From: an uncultured Actinomycetes bacterium
GTDB taxonomy: Bacteria > Actinomycetota > Thermoleophilia > UBA2241
Reading direction: 5' to 3'
Assembly: GCA_963725665.1 (NCBI GenBank)
Contig: CAVRZA010000002.1
Coordinates: forward strand, 192,001-256,000
Length of the DNA stretch: 64,000 bases
Numbering within the stretch: position 1 is the first letter of the stretch; each line of letters begins with the position of its first letter. Positions 30,215-40,255 of the stretch are shown here, one piece after another. The notes beneath the pieces were generated by a model. It was not told the origin of the DNA and did not search any database. It saw nothing but the letters and a program-made list of their open reading frames with translations. Position numbers and translations under genes: made by a program.

Positions 30215-31810
30215 TCAGGCGAGCACGCCGACCGGCGCCGGCGTCACCATGACGATCGCGACGTCGTCGGCAAGCGGTCCCCCGTTCATCTCGACGACAC
30301 TCGCGAGCACACGATCCAGGGCCGCCTCGTCGCAGGCACCGACACATTCGTGCGAGACAATGCCGGCGAATCGCTCGATGCCCAAGCGCTCGCTCGCACC
30401 CGGGGTCGTTCGACCCTCGATGACACCGTCGGTGAAGAACAGCAGCGAGGCCGCTGACGGCAGGGTCACGACCGTGGCATCGCACAGCAAGTGGTCGGCC
30501 AGCCCGAGCGGCGGTTGCGACGGTACCTCGACGCTGGTCGCCTGCCCGTGAGCGATGATGAGCGGCGCCGGGTGTCCGAGGCAAAGCACGTGGAGCTCGC
30601 CCGCCTCTTCGTCGATCACCGCCAGAACACAGGTGACGAACGTGTCCGCCGAAGGGGCCTCGCGCTCCAGTACGCGGCCCAGGGTCTCGATCGTCTGCGA
30701 GAAGCCGACGCCGGCGGTGGTCAGCGCCTGCCAGCCGGCGCGAAGCGTCGCGCCGAGGGCGGCGGCGTCGGGGCCGTGGCCGCTCACGTCGCCGACGAGC
30801 ACCCCGACACGCTGAGCGTCGATCTGGGCGAGGTCGATGAAATCGCCGCCTAGGAACAGACGCTCTTCACCGGGCTGGTAGCGTGTATGGAAGCGGAGTC
30901 CGGGATGCTCGAGCGGCAGGCTCGGGAGCAGGCTCGCCTCAAGACGCTGGTGCAGCTGCGCCGCCTCGCGCTGCGCTCGGTCACTCGCACGCAGGCTCTC
31001 GACGGCGAGGGCGTGCGGTTCGGCGACCTCGGCATGGACGACCGCCTGATAGACGAGCAGCGCCGAGAGCACCGAGAGCAGGTGTCCGATCAGGTTGGGC
31101 GTCGTGTAGACGCCGACATACAGCGTGAAACAGAGCTCCGAGACGATCCACACCAGGATGGCCGCCTCCATGAGCTGCCAGGTCGCGCCGGTCAGGCTGC
31201 GCCGCCGGCGCCAGAGGGCGCCGGCCGCGCAGAGCATGATCACGCAGATGACGTATTCGCTCACCCTCTTGAAGGGCGTCAGCCCCACGCCCGTTTCGTA
31301 GGCTCTGGGGAACACCGGCGCCACGTAGATGACGGTCAGGATCGCCGCCGCGACCGCGGCGTAGGCGCCCCCGACGAGAGCGATATTCATGCGCCGGCCG
31401 ATGAAGATGGGGGCGACGAGCAGGGAGACGGCCGCCAAGTAGCCGCAGGCGATCCAGAGCTGCGTCGCATGGTTGGCATCGACCGTCTGAAAGACGCCCA
31501 TGCCCTTGTAGTCGAGCATGTGGATCAGACGCAGCGTCCCCACGGTGGCCAGCGAGATGCCCAGAAAGAGCGGGTAGTCGTCGTCGAGGAAGGGGCGCAG
31601 GTTCCAGGCCATGACGAACACGGCGAAGGCAACGAGCATGAACACGAGTTCCGCCGCCGAGTGGAACAGGAGGTAGGAGTCGAAGCTCGTCACGTAGAGG
31701 CCGACGAGCGCAAGCGCCCCGATCGCGAGGCTCATTCCGTTGCTCAGCGTCGCTCCGCTGACCAGCGGCTTGCCGCCTGCCCCAAAGCTCCCTGTAGCCC
31801 GCTCGATCAT
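30215..31810 (-). CDS. MASE3 membrane sensor fused to a SpoIIE/PP2C phosphatase
   Basis: SYLLFHSAAE...HMLDYKGMG...ATQLWI (MASE3); GGDFID, GDVSGHG, FTDGVIE, DDVAI (PP2C). Confidence 0.9.
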   Translation of the reverse strand: MIERATGSFGAGGKPLVSGATLSNGMSLAIGALALVGLYVTSFDSYLLFHSAAELVFMLVAFAVFVMAWNLRPFLDDDYPLFLGISLATVGTLRLIHMLDYKGMGVFQTVDANHATQLWIACGYLAAVSLLVAPIFIGRRMNIALVGGAYAAVAAAILTVIYVAPVFPRAYETGVGLTPFKRVSEYVICVIMLCAAGALWRRRRSLTGATWQLMEAAILVWIVSELCFTLYVGVYTTPNLIGHLLSVLSALLVYQAVVHAEVAEPHALAVESLRASDRAQREAAQLHQRLEASLLPSLPLEHPGLRFHTRYQPGEERLFLGGDFIDLAQIDAQRVGVLVGDVSGHGPDAAALGATLRAGWQALTTAGVGFSQTIETLGRVLEREAPSADTFVTCVLAVIDEEAGELHVLCLGHPAPLIIAHGQATSVEVPSQPPLGLADHLLCDATVVTLPSAASLLFFTDGVIEGRTTPGASERLGIERFAGIVSHECVGACDEAALDRVLASVVEMNGGPLADDVAIVMVTPAPVGVLA

Positions 31811-31944
31811 GGCGCGGATTCTAGCATCGCGCCGGCAGCCTCTTCGCGTTCGACGAGCGTCTTCTGGGAGTCGAGCGGGGCGGGGGTGCGGCGGCTCTCA
31901 GCCGCCGCACCCCCGCCCCAGACCGCGCGACATAGCACACTGAC

Positions 31945-32479
31945 TCAGTTCGCCACCAACTCTCCGTCAACGACGAGGTCAAGGCGCGTCCGTCTCAGCA
32001 CGTGGCGCGCGAAGTCGGCCGCCCGCCGCAAGGCCGCCTCGCCCGGCTCTCCTTCGGCGCACGCCGACATCTCCGCGAACTGCACGAGCATCGGCACGCC
32101 AGACTCCGACATGTACTGCCTGACCGGCTCCGCGAGCTGCCCCTGGCAGTGGAAGAACCCGACGAGGTCGGCGGCTGACGGCGGCTTCCTTGCAGGCCTC
32201 GAGCCACGGCTGAACCAGCTCGAGATCAGTGGGAGCGGCGTGAGTCACGAACAGGGCCACCTGCCGGCCGGCGCACCTCTCCTCGATGAACTGCCGCACA
32301 GCGTCGGGCGGCCCGAACTTGACGATCGGCATGCCGATGAAGACGAGGCTGCAGTCTTCGAGGGAGGGCGAATCGTCAAGGGCTGAGAGGATGACCTGAT
32401 CACCGATCGCCTGAGCGATGGCGCCGCCGACTTTCGCCGTGTTGCCGGTCTCTGAGTAGTAGACGACTGCGATCCCCAT
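31945..32479 (-). CDS. Flavodoxin-family protein (frameshifted)
   Basis: YYSETGNTAKV, VALFVTH, FHCQGQL in a shifted frame. Confidence 0.78.
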
Positions 32480-32605
32480 GATGACTCCCTTCCGCTCGCC
32501 TCCCAGGCGAGCTCGTTTCTTGCTTGCGTTGGCTCCGGGGGGCGGGGTGCGGGCGGAACGCCCGCACCCCGCCCCACGTGCTGAGCAGCGGTCGGCCTGA
32601 TGCGC

Positions 32606-34081
32606 TCAGCCGATCATCCTCTCGTCGTCGCTCCTCACCGGGACGAGCGCCGGCTCGCCGAAGCGGGCCTCGAGCTCGTCACCGGTCGGCAGGTACGAGA
32701 CCGAGTCGGGCACGACGTCCTGGCGCGGCGGGATGGCGATCGCCGCGAAGGTCGCGAGTCCGACCGCCGCGGCACCGACCCAGAGGGCGGCGATGAGACC
32801 GTTGACGAACGATGCCGGCGTCAGGTAGCCGCCGACGGCGGAGAAGACGCTCGCCAGCACGGCCACGCCGAAGACGCCGCCGACCTCGCGCACGGTGTTG
32901 TTGACGCCCGAGGCCTTGCCTTCCTCCTCCCGGCGCACGGCCGAGAGCACCAGGTTGGCGACCGGGGCGAAGTAGAGCGACATGCCCACGCCCGCCATCA
33001 CGAAGGCCGGCACCAGGTCGCCGTAGGCCACGGTCACCGAGCTCACGACGGCCAGCCAGGCCAGCGCGCCGCTCATGAGCACCATGCCGGCGATCAGCAG
33101 CGGACGGCTGCCGATACGATCGGAGAGGATGCCGGCGATCGGCGCCACCAGGATCGGCATCGCCGTCCAGGGCAGCGTGCGCAGGCCCGCCTGCAGGGGC
33201 GAGTAGCCCTGCACGATCTGGAAGAACTGCGCCAGCAGGAAGATCGAGCCGAACATGCCGAAGCTCATGAAGAGCGACGTCAGGTTGGCGGCCGAGAAGG
33301 CGCGCCGGCGGAAGAAGCGCATGGGCACCATGGGCGCCCGCGAGCGCAGCTCCCAGGCGACGAAGGCGACGACCAGCGCGGCGCCGGCGATCATGGGCAC
33401 GAGCACGCCGGCGCTCGTCCAGCCGTGGGCGTTGCCGCGCACGAGCCCCCACACGAGGCCGAACAGGCCGGTGCTGATCAGGGCCAGCCCGGGCAGGTCG
33501 AGCGAGCGGTTGGGTCCGCGCGTCTCGCTCAGGCGGAAGAACGCGACCGGCAGTAGCGCGATGCCGATGGGCACGTTGAGCCAGAAGATCCACTGCCAGG
33601 AGAAGCCGTCGACGACGGCGCCGCCGATGACTGGACCGAGCGCCACGGCCAGACCGGCGGTGCCGCTCCAGATGCCGAGGGCAAGCCCTCGGCGGGCCGG
33701 CGGCACCGCCGCCGACAGGATGGTCAGCGTCAGCGGCGTGACGATGGCGCCGCCCACGCCCTGCAGGGCGCGCGCCGCGATGAGCGCCTCGATGCTGGGC
33801 GCCAGGGCGGCGAAGGCCGAGCCGGCGGTGAAGATCGTGAGTCCCACGAGGAACATGCGCTTGCGACCGAAGCGGTCGCCCAGCGCGGCGCCGGTCAGCA
33901 GCAGCACGGCGAAGGTGAGGGTGTAGGCGTTGACGGTCCACTCGAGACCGGAGAGCGACGCCCCGAGGTCGCGCTTGATCACCGGCAGCGCGGTGGTCAC
34001 GACGAGGTTGTCGAGCGACACCATGAAGATGGCGACCCCGGTGACGATGAAGGTCCAGATGGTCATGGCCCTCTTGCTCAT
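32606..34081 (-). CDS. DHA2 (EmrB/QacA) MFS efflux transporter
   Basis: LDNLVVTTALP, WTVNAY, GDRFGRKR, WQWIFWLNVPIG; 14 TM. Confidence 0.93.
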   Translation of the reverse strand: MSKRAMTIWTFIVTGVAIFMVSLDNLVVTTALPVIKRDLGASLSGLEWTVNAYTLTFAVLLLTGAALGDRFGRKRMFLVGLTIFTAGSAFAALAPSIEALIAARALQGVGGAIVTPLTLTILSAAVPPARRGLALGIWSGTAGLAVALGPVIGGAVVDGFSWQWIFWLNVPIGIALLPVAFFRLSETRGPNRSLDLPGLALISTGLFGLVWGLVRGNAHGWTSAGVLVPMIAGAALVVAFVAWELRSRAPMVPMRFFRRRAFSAANLTSLFMSFGMFGSIFLLAQFFQIVQGYSPLQAGLRTLPWTAMPILVAPIAGILSDRIGSRPLLIAGMVLMSGALAWLAVVSSVTVAYGDLVPAFVMAGVGMSLYFAPVANLVLSAVRREEEGKASGVNNTVREVGGVFGVAVLASVFSAVGGYLTPASFVNGLIAALWVGAAAVGLATFAAIAIPPRQDVVPDSVSYLPTGDELEARFGEPALVPVRSDDERMIG

Positions 34082-34106
34082 GCTTGTTCATCTCCTCTCT
34101 TCTAAC

Positions 34107-34120
34107 TTAGTAGTCACTTA
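34107..34120. promoter_or_regulatory. Putative TetR operator upstream of the MFS gene
   Basis: TTAGTAGTCACTTA, nearly identical to TTAGCAGTCACTAA upstream of tetR. Confidence 0.65.
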
Positions 34121-34171
34121 CTTTGCAGGACAAAAAAGGGGAAGCTGAAGGCCGGCCGCTGCCGGCTCGCG

Positions 34172-34738
34172 CTACTTATGCGCCTCCAAGATCTCGCCGC
34201 CGATGCACATCCTGGCCCAGTCCTCATCAACGTTGCTCAGGTCCATGGCGGCGGCCACGTTCATGAGCATGCCCTGCGCGAGCCACTCCCTGACGTCGTA
34301 GTCGGCGGCGCCCGAGGCGCCTTGCACGAAGCGCACCAGGCGCAGGAACTCCTCGCGCACCGCCTCGCGCACGTCCTCGTCGCCGCAGGCGGCGTAGGCC
34401 TGCATCTGCATGAGCAGGAGATTTCTGTCTGCGAGCAGACGGTGGTAGGCCAAGCCCATGGCGATCAGGACGGTCTTCATGTCGGCGTCCTCGCCGGCCT
34501 CGGCCGCCGCGGTGCGGAAGGTGGCCACGGTGCGCTCGAAGGCCCGCCGGACGGCGGCGATGAAGAGGTCCTTCTTGGTGCCGAAGAGCTGGAACAGGTA
34601 GGGCTGCGAGACGCCGACCCTCTTTGCGATCGCCTCGACGGGCGTGCCGTAGAGTCCGCCTACGGCGAACTCACGGGTCGCCGCCTCGACGATCTCGCGC
34701 CGGCGCTCTTCCTTGCTCAGTCTCGTCGTTGCCTTCAT
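34172..34738 (-). CDS. TetR-family regulator (probably leaderless)
   Basis: N-terminal HTH IAKRVGVSQPYLFQLFGTK. TACAAT lies 7 nt upstream of the ATG at 34738. Confidence 0.92.
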   Translation of the reverse strand: MKATTRLSKEERRREIVEAATREFAVGGLYGTPVEAIAKRVGVSQPYLFQLFGTKKDLFIAAVRRAFERTVATFRTAAAEAGEDADMKTVLIAMGLAYHRLLADRNLLLMQMQAYAACGDEDVREAVREEFLRLVRFVQGASGAADYDVREWLAQGMLMNVAAAMDLSNVDEDWARMCIGGEILEAHK

Positions 34739-34757
34739 GGCAGGCATTGTACCCTAG

Positions 34758-34771
34758 TTAGCAGTCACTAA
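34758..34771. promoter_or_regulatory. Putative TetR autoregulatory operator
   Basis: Imperfect palindrome TTAGCAGTCACTAA inside the tetR promoter. Confidence 0.65.
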
Positions 34772-34924
34772 ACAAGTGTTTGCGTCAAGGGGGTGCGCCA
34801 AGTGCTTGATCGGTCGCCCCACCGACGGGCGGGACTGGCGTCTGTCAAGGCGATGACCGGATGTCCCGCGCCTGCGGACTGGTCCCGCGGATGTGACCGT
34901 GAACCCTTCGTACACAGACTGTCC

Positions 34925-34953
34925 ATGACACCCACGCAACCTGGTGCTAGGGT
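34925..34953 (+). promoter_or_regulatory. Pc-like cassette promoter
   Basis: ATGACA-N17-TAGGGT with an extended -10 TG, pointing at the cassettes. Confidence 0.55.
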
Positions 34954-34958
34954 CCTCT

Positions 34959-35018
34959 GCATAAACAGGCGGTCGATGCCGAACACCATCCGCAGCCTGT
35001 CGAATCCTTGTTCGGCAT
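34959..35018 (+). mobile_element. attI-like recombination site
   Basis: Inverted simple site TGTCGAA-TCCTTG-TTCGGCA containing the GTT core (35010), preceded by related boxes GCATAAAC (34959) and TGCCGAAC (34977). Confidence 0.5.
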
Positions 35019-35036
35019 ACAGAGGAGGAGTAGGCC

Positions 35037-35245
35037 GTGGCCACCCAGTATGAGTACAAGTCTGTTTCCGGGAAATCAAAGGTGGGTGGCTGACCGGGAG
35101 ACTGAAGCCTGAGTATCGCGAGACAATCACACGGCATGCGCAGGACGGCTGGAGGTTTGTCCAGGCGTTCGCTCCCCCTGTTGGTGGCGTCGGTGAGGCA
35201 GACTACGTTGACCTGATCTTCGAGGGCCCATACGAGGAGTACTGA
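35037..35245 (+). CDS. DUF4177-like small protein, cassette 1 (one frameshift; not in the ORF track)
   Basis: RBS GAGGAGG plus GTG; MATQYEYKSV...GWLTGRLKPEYRETITRHAQDGWRFVQAFAP...YVDLIFE. Confidence 0.75.
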
Positions 35246-35246
35246 T

Positions 35247-35312
35247 GCCGAACAGGCAGATTGAACTGGCACACGGCTTCGCCGTGCGCAGCTCATCTGC
35301 TCAGCGTTGGGC
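35247..35312 (+). mobile_element. Complete integron attC site (66 bp)
   Basis: R'' GCCGAAC, 5-bp spacer, L'' GATTGAAC, central stem with TTC loop, L' GCTCATC, R' GTTGGGC; two extrahelical bases in the left arm. Confidence 0.85.
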
Positions 35313-35317
35313 GTACT

Positions 35318-36166
35318 ATGACTGAGTCGACGAACATGCCGGCGGACAAGAGTCTCTTCTTCTACGGGTCGGTCTATCACCGGCTGCTGGACCCGCCGCT
35401 CGCCGAAGCGCGACGCGTTGCTGTCGACCTCGTCGCGGACGGCAGTTCAGTGCTGGATCTCGGCTGCGGCACTGGAGAGCTGTGCTTCGATCTGCTGGAG
35501 AAAAAGCACTGCCGTGTCGTGGGCGTGGATTTGTCGTTGCGGATGCTGGACTTCGCCCGTAAGGCCACCAGGTCCGCAGAGATCGCCTTCCTGCACTTGG
35601 ATGCGACGGACCTTGTGGGGATCGAAGACCATGCGTTCGATGTCGCTACGATTCTTCTTCTGGTTCACGAGCTGCCGATTGAAGAACGCGTGCGAGTCCT
35701 CGGCGAAGCACTTCGTGTGGCCAGAGCAGTCCTGATCATCGATGCAGCGGCCCCGCTGCCTTGGAACGGCGGCGGCATTGGGATTCGGACTGTTGAGTAT
35801 TCGTTCGGCCACGCGCACTATCACCATTTCAGGGACTTCCTTGCGCGAGGGGGCATTGACGGCCTCCTCGCCGAGTACGGTTGCGCCGGGGCGGTGGTGC
35901 GGCGTGAGCTGTTCTGGCGCAACTGCCGGGAGGCCGTGGTCGTTGCAGAGCGGAGGCATGATGACCTGCGCGCCGCCCAACAAGGGTCTCAACCGGACGC
36001 GCCCAAGCGCTCCGAAAGGCTGAAGCCGCAGCCCGCGCAGGGTATCCGCCCGGCGCTGGGTGCAGCTTGCGTCGGATCCTCCTCGGGGGAGTCCGCGTCT
36101 ATTCGATCTCCGCGTGCGAGCTGTCGCAGAACGGGGGATTGCCGGTCAGGCCGCAGTTGCAGATAG
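35318..36166 (+). CDS. Class I SAM methyltransferase, cassette 2 (reads through its attC)
   Basis: VLDLGCGTG, GVDLSLRML, LLVHE. Lower GC. Begins just after R'; C-terminus after about 35970 is attC-derived. Confidence 0.82.
   Translation: MTESTNMPADKSLFFYGSVYHRLLDPPLAEARRVAVDLVADGSSVLDLGCGTGELCFDLLEKKHCRVVGVDLSLRMLDFARKATRSAEIAFLHLDATDLVGIEDHAFDVATILLLVHELPIEERVRVLGEALRVARAVLIIDAAAPLPWNGGGIGIRTVEYSFGHAHYHHFRDFLARGGIDGLLAEYGCAGAVVRRELFWRNCREAVVVAERRHDDLRAAQQGSQPDAPKRSERLKPQPAQGIRPALGAACVGSSSGESASIRSPRASCRRTGDCRSGRSCR
35975..36063 (+). mobile_element. Truncated attC site (left arm and central stem only)
   Basis: R'' GCCCAAC-AAGGG-L'' TCTCAACC, stem GCGCCCAAGCGC/GCGCTGGGTGC; L' and R' are absent. 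Confidence 0.65.
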
Positions 36167-36343
36167 CTTGTGCGATGGGCTCCTCGATCTTGAACTTGAC
36201 GGGGATGACCCCCGTCCCCGTGTGCGGCCGTCGCAATACGGGACTGTCCGCGTCCTGCCGCAACGGCACCATAAGTAGGTCCTTTTGCCGAGCTCGGTGA
36301 CCAGCGGGTGGCTTGTTGCCTCATCGTTCTCGAACCGCGTCAT
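36099..36343 (-). CDS. CDGSH iron-sulfur domain protein (frameshifted)
   Basis: WCRCGRTRTVPYCDG and ICNCGLTGNPPFCDSSH. Confidence 0.82.
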
Positions 36344-36463
36344 GGCGGGCTCCTTCCTCCAGGGCTAGGCGGTCAATCATACGGGTGCGTTGTACAACAC
36401 GCACGCCTAAGCACCGCATCGAGCGGACGCCGTCGGCTACACTTGTCCCACCAGGATGAAGGC

Positions 36464-36965
36464 GTGGATACCCAGATCGTCGTCACCGTAGTAGCCGGGC
36501 TCCTGCTGGCCGTCGCTGCGATCGGGACGGTCTACCCGGTGCTACCAGGCAGCCTCCTGGCCATCATCACGCTGATCGCCTGGGCCTGGATCATCGGTTC
36601 ACCCGAGGCGTGGACCGTCGCCGTGATCGGCTCGGTCATCGCCGGGATGGGCTGGTCGGCGAGCGCGGTGCTCACCGGTCGCAAGCTGAGACAACAGCAG
36701 GTCCCCAAGCGCTCCATCGCCGTGGCCGTGGTGTCGGCCGTGGTGGGCATGTTCCTGATCCCGGTGGTCGGTCTGTTCGTCGGCTTCGGCGCCGGGCTGC
36801 TGGCGAGCGAATACGCCCGGCGCCGGGACTTCCGTGCGGCTCTCGATTCAAGTGTGGAGACGTTGAAGGCGACCGGCCTCGGCATCCTGGTGGAGTTCGG
36901 CCTGGTGTGCCTGGCCGCCTCGGTGTGGATGATCGGCGTGATCGTCTCACTTCACGACCCGGTAG
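36464..36965 (+). CDS. DUF456 family membrane protein (indel near the 3' end)
   Basis: GTVYPVLPG, IPVVGLFVGFGAGLLASE. Confidence 0.82.
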
Positions 36966-39417
36966 GCTTGCGCGGCGACCGCCGGGCCGTGGGCTTGTCC
37001 TCCAGCGTCTTGCTCTTCTCGGCCAGCTCGGCCAGCCGGTCGGCGACCATGCGGTTCACCGTGCCCGTCGGGGTAGCGGCCGTCGCCGCCGGGCTCGCCC
37101 GCGGGCAGGCCGGTCAGCACCTCGATCCCCTCGTCGATCGTGGTGATGGGGTAGACGGCGAACTGCCCGGCGGCGACGGCCTCCACCACATCCTGGCGCA
37201 GCATGAGGTGCTTGACGTTGGCCTCGGGGATCAGCACGCCCTGGTCGCCGGTCAGTCCGCGCGCCTTGCACAGGTCGAAGAAGCCCTCGATCTTCTCGTT
37301 GACGCCGCCGATGGCCTGCACCTCGCCGGACTGATTGACCGAACCGGTCACCGCGAACGACTGCGTGATGGGCACGCGCGCGATCGCCGAGAGCAGCGCG
37401 TAGAGCTCGGCGGACGAGGCGCTGTCCCCGTCGACCCCGCCGTAGGACTGCTCGAAGACCAGGCTCGCCCCGAGCGACAGCGGATGCTCCTGGGCGTAGC
37501 GGCCGCGCAGGAAGCCGGACAGGATCAGCACGCCCTTGGAGTGGATCGGCCCGCTCAGCTCCACCTCGCGCTCGATGTCGACCACCTCGTCCTTGCCCAT
37601 GTGGACGGTGGCGCTGATGCGGCTGGCCTGGCCGAAGCTGAAGGTGCCCAGAGAGAGCACCGACAGCCCGTTGATCTGGCCGACCTTGGTCCCCTCGGTG
37701 TCGATGAGTACCGTCTTGCGCAGCACTTCTTCCCGCATGCGCGCGGGCAGGCGGTCCGAACGGTAGATCTGGGCGTCGATCGCCTGCTGCACGTGGGCGA
37801 CGCTGACCAGCTTCGGCGCTTCTCGCGCCGCGCGCGAGTGGTCGGCCTCCTCGAGCAGGTCCACGATGGCCCGCATCTGGGCCGTGACGCGCTCCGAGTC
37901 GCCGACCAGGCGCGACGCGTGCTCGACGACCCGGCAGACGGCGCCGCGGTCGAGCGGCAGCAGCCCCTCGCGCTCGGACGATGGCCGCGATCAGCCGCGC
38001 GTACTGTCGGGTGGTCTCCTCGTCGCGCACGAAGTCGTCGTCGAAGTCGGCCGCGATCTTGAACAGCTCGTTGAAGTCGGGGTCGCTCCTGGGCCAGCAG
38101 GTAGTAGAGCTGGCGGTCGCCCATGAGGATCACCTTGATGTCCAGCGGGATCGGCTCGGGCTCGAGCGAGACGGTGCTGGTGACGCTGAGCATCTGCCCC
38201 GGCGACTCGATGCGGATCTGCTGGAAGCGGAGGGCGCGCTTCAGTCCTTCCCAGGCGTAGGGATTGGAGAGCACCTTGAGCGCGTCCAGGATCAGATAGC
38301 CGCCGTTGGCGCGATGCAGCACACCGGGCTTGATCAGCGTGAAGTCGGTGACCAGCGCGCCCATCATGGAGCATCTGCTCCACGCGGCCCACCAGGTTGA
38401 GATAGGACGGGTTGCTCTCGTAGATGACCGGCGCTCCGGCGGCACCGCTGGAATCGATCAGCACGTTGACCCGATAGCGGCGCAGCGCGGGCGGCTTGCC
38501 CGAGGCGTCGGGGATGGGCAGGTTTGCCGCCGCGCCTTCCTCGGGCTTCTCCTCGCCGGTCTCCAGGAAGTCGCTCAAGTGGTCGCCGACGCTCCTCTGC
38601 ACTGCCGCGAGGTAGGCCGCACACGTCGGGCAGGTCCTTGTACTTGACCAGCAGGTCGTCGACCAGGTCGTTGACCACCACGGCGGTGACCTCGTTGTTC
38701 AGGTCGCGCAGGCGGCTGCCGAACTCACGCTTCCAGCGCGGCACCTGCAGCAGCACCTTCTGCAGCTCCCCCTGCAGCGACTCGATCTCGTCCTCGAGGC
38801 GCTTCTGCTCGTCAGCGGGCAGCTTCTGGAACTCCTCGGGGGAGACGACCTCGCCGTCCTTCATCGGGGCGAACGCGAAGCCGGTCGGCGCCTGCAGCAG
38901 GGCCAGGCCGCGCCCGCTGCGCCTGCTTCTGCAGCTCGGCGAGGCTCTCTTTCTGGCGCTCCTCGAATTCCTCCTCCAGGGTGCGACGGCGCGTCGTGTA
39001 CTCGTCACTCTCGAAGGCGGACGAGAGGCCGGTGCGCAGCTCTTCCACCAGGCGTTCCATGTCGCGTTTCAGTTGCTTGCCCATGCCGGTCGGCAAGCGC
39101 AGGGCGCGCGGTGTGGAGGGCTGTTCGAAGTCGTTGACATAGCACCAGTCGTCCGGGGACGGTTCGTCCGCGGCGCGCTGCTCCACGAAGCGCTGGATGA
39201 CGGTGTACTTGCCCGTGCCGCTGGGTCCGAGCGCGAAGATGTTGTAGCCCTGGCGGTCGATGGTGACACCGAGCTCGATGGCGGCGATGGGGCGGTCCTG
39301 GCCGATGAACTCGATGTCGGTCTTCAGGTCGGCGGTCGTGGCGAAGTCGAGATGGTCCAGAGTGCAGTGTCTGTAGAGGGCTTCGGGCGGCAAGGGTCGT
39401 ACGGAGGCCACGGTCAT
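36947..39417 (-). CDS. LonC-type ATP-dependent S16 protease (multiple frameshifts)
   Basis: [59 protein letters not shown] (catalytic Ser) and [10 protein letters not shown] (Lys). Confidence 0.88.
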
Positions 39418-39620
39418 GTCCTTTCCCTGGGTGCCGCCGGGCGGGCGACTGCCGCGGGGCGGGTGAGTGTCGGCGACGTGGTCATTCTACTCACCGGTCC
39501 GCTCCCCCGCGTGCATCGTGGTTCATCGCGGCGCCGACCGGCAATGATGCCAGGCGTACCCGGACGGCGGCGTCGGCGCTTGGGGGGACCTGAGCGCCTA
39601 GAGAAGGAGTCGATGACAAG

Positions 39621-40103
39621 ATGCCAAGGATCACCCCGTTCCTCTGGTTCGACACCCAAGCCGAGGAGGCAGCCCAGTTCTACGTGTCGCTCTTCAAGAA
39701 CTCACGGATAACCGAGGTCGTCCGCTACGGAGACGCCGGCCCCGGCCCCAAAGGTAGCGTTCTGACCGTGCGCTTCGAGCTCGACGGGCAGGAGTTCATA
39801 GGACTGAACGGTGGGCCGAGGTTCACGTTCACCGAGGCCGTGTCGTTCTCCGTGGACTGCACGACGCAAGAAGAGGTCGACGACTTCTGGGAGAAGCTCT
39901 CGGACGGTGGGGAGCCGGGACCGTGCGGCTGGCTGAAGGACAAGTACGGTCTATCGTGGCAGGTGGTTCCGAGTGTCTTGCCGCGGATGCTGAACGATCC
40001 CGATCCTGAGAAAGCGGACCGGGTCATGCGCGCGATGCTGCAGATGAAGAAGATCGACATCGCTGGGTTGCAGAAGGCATACGACGAACCGCAGGCCGCC
40101 TAA
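39621..40103 (+). CDS. VOC protein, PhnB/3-demethylubiquinone-9 methyltransferase-like family
   Basis: ITPFLWF, LNGGP, CGWLKDKYGLSWQV. Confidence 0.92.
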   Translation: MPRITPFLWFDTQAEEAAQFYVSLFKNSRITEVVRYGDAGPGPKGSVLTVRFELDGQEFIGLNGGPRFTFTEAVSFSVDCTTQEEVDDFWEKLSDGGEPGPCGWLKDKYGLSWQVVPSVLPRMLNDPDPEKADRVMRAMLQMKKIDIAGLQKAYDEPQAA

Positions 40104-40108
40104 CGTCC

Positions 40109-40157
40109 CAGGTGACCACGCGGCTGGTGACTTGACGCGGCAGGTGACCACGCAGCT
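40109..40157. repeat. Three ~16-bp tandem direct repeats
   Basis: CAGGTGACCACGCGGCT / GGTGACTTGACGCGG / CAGGTGACCACGCAGCT. Confidence 0.6.
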
Positions 40158-40255
40158 AAGGCCACAGCGTGCGTGGCTCGTGGCGCACGGTATGGACCGC
40201 CCCCTCGCCGGGAACGTTCCCGCCGACAATCCCTACGAAGGCGAGGGTGCAAGCC

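Noticed and set aside
34768-34926. Short minus-strand ORF as an intI N-terminal remnant
   Set aside because: The position fits, but no integrase motif is recognisable, so it is not called as a feature.
36308-38062. 584-aa DUF456 ORF
   Set aside because: Read-through antisense to the Lon gene, caused by an indel near 36947. The true gene is about 165 aa.
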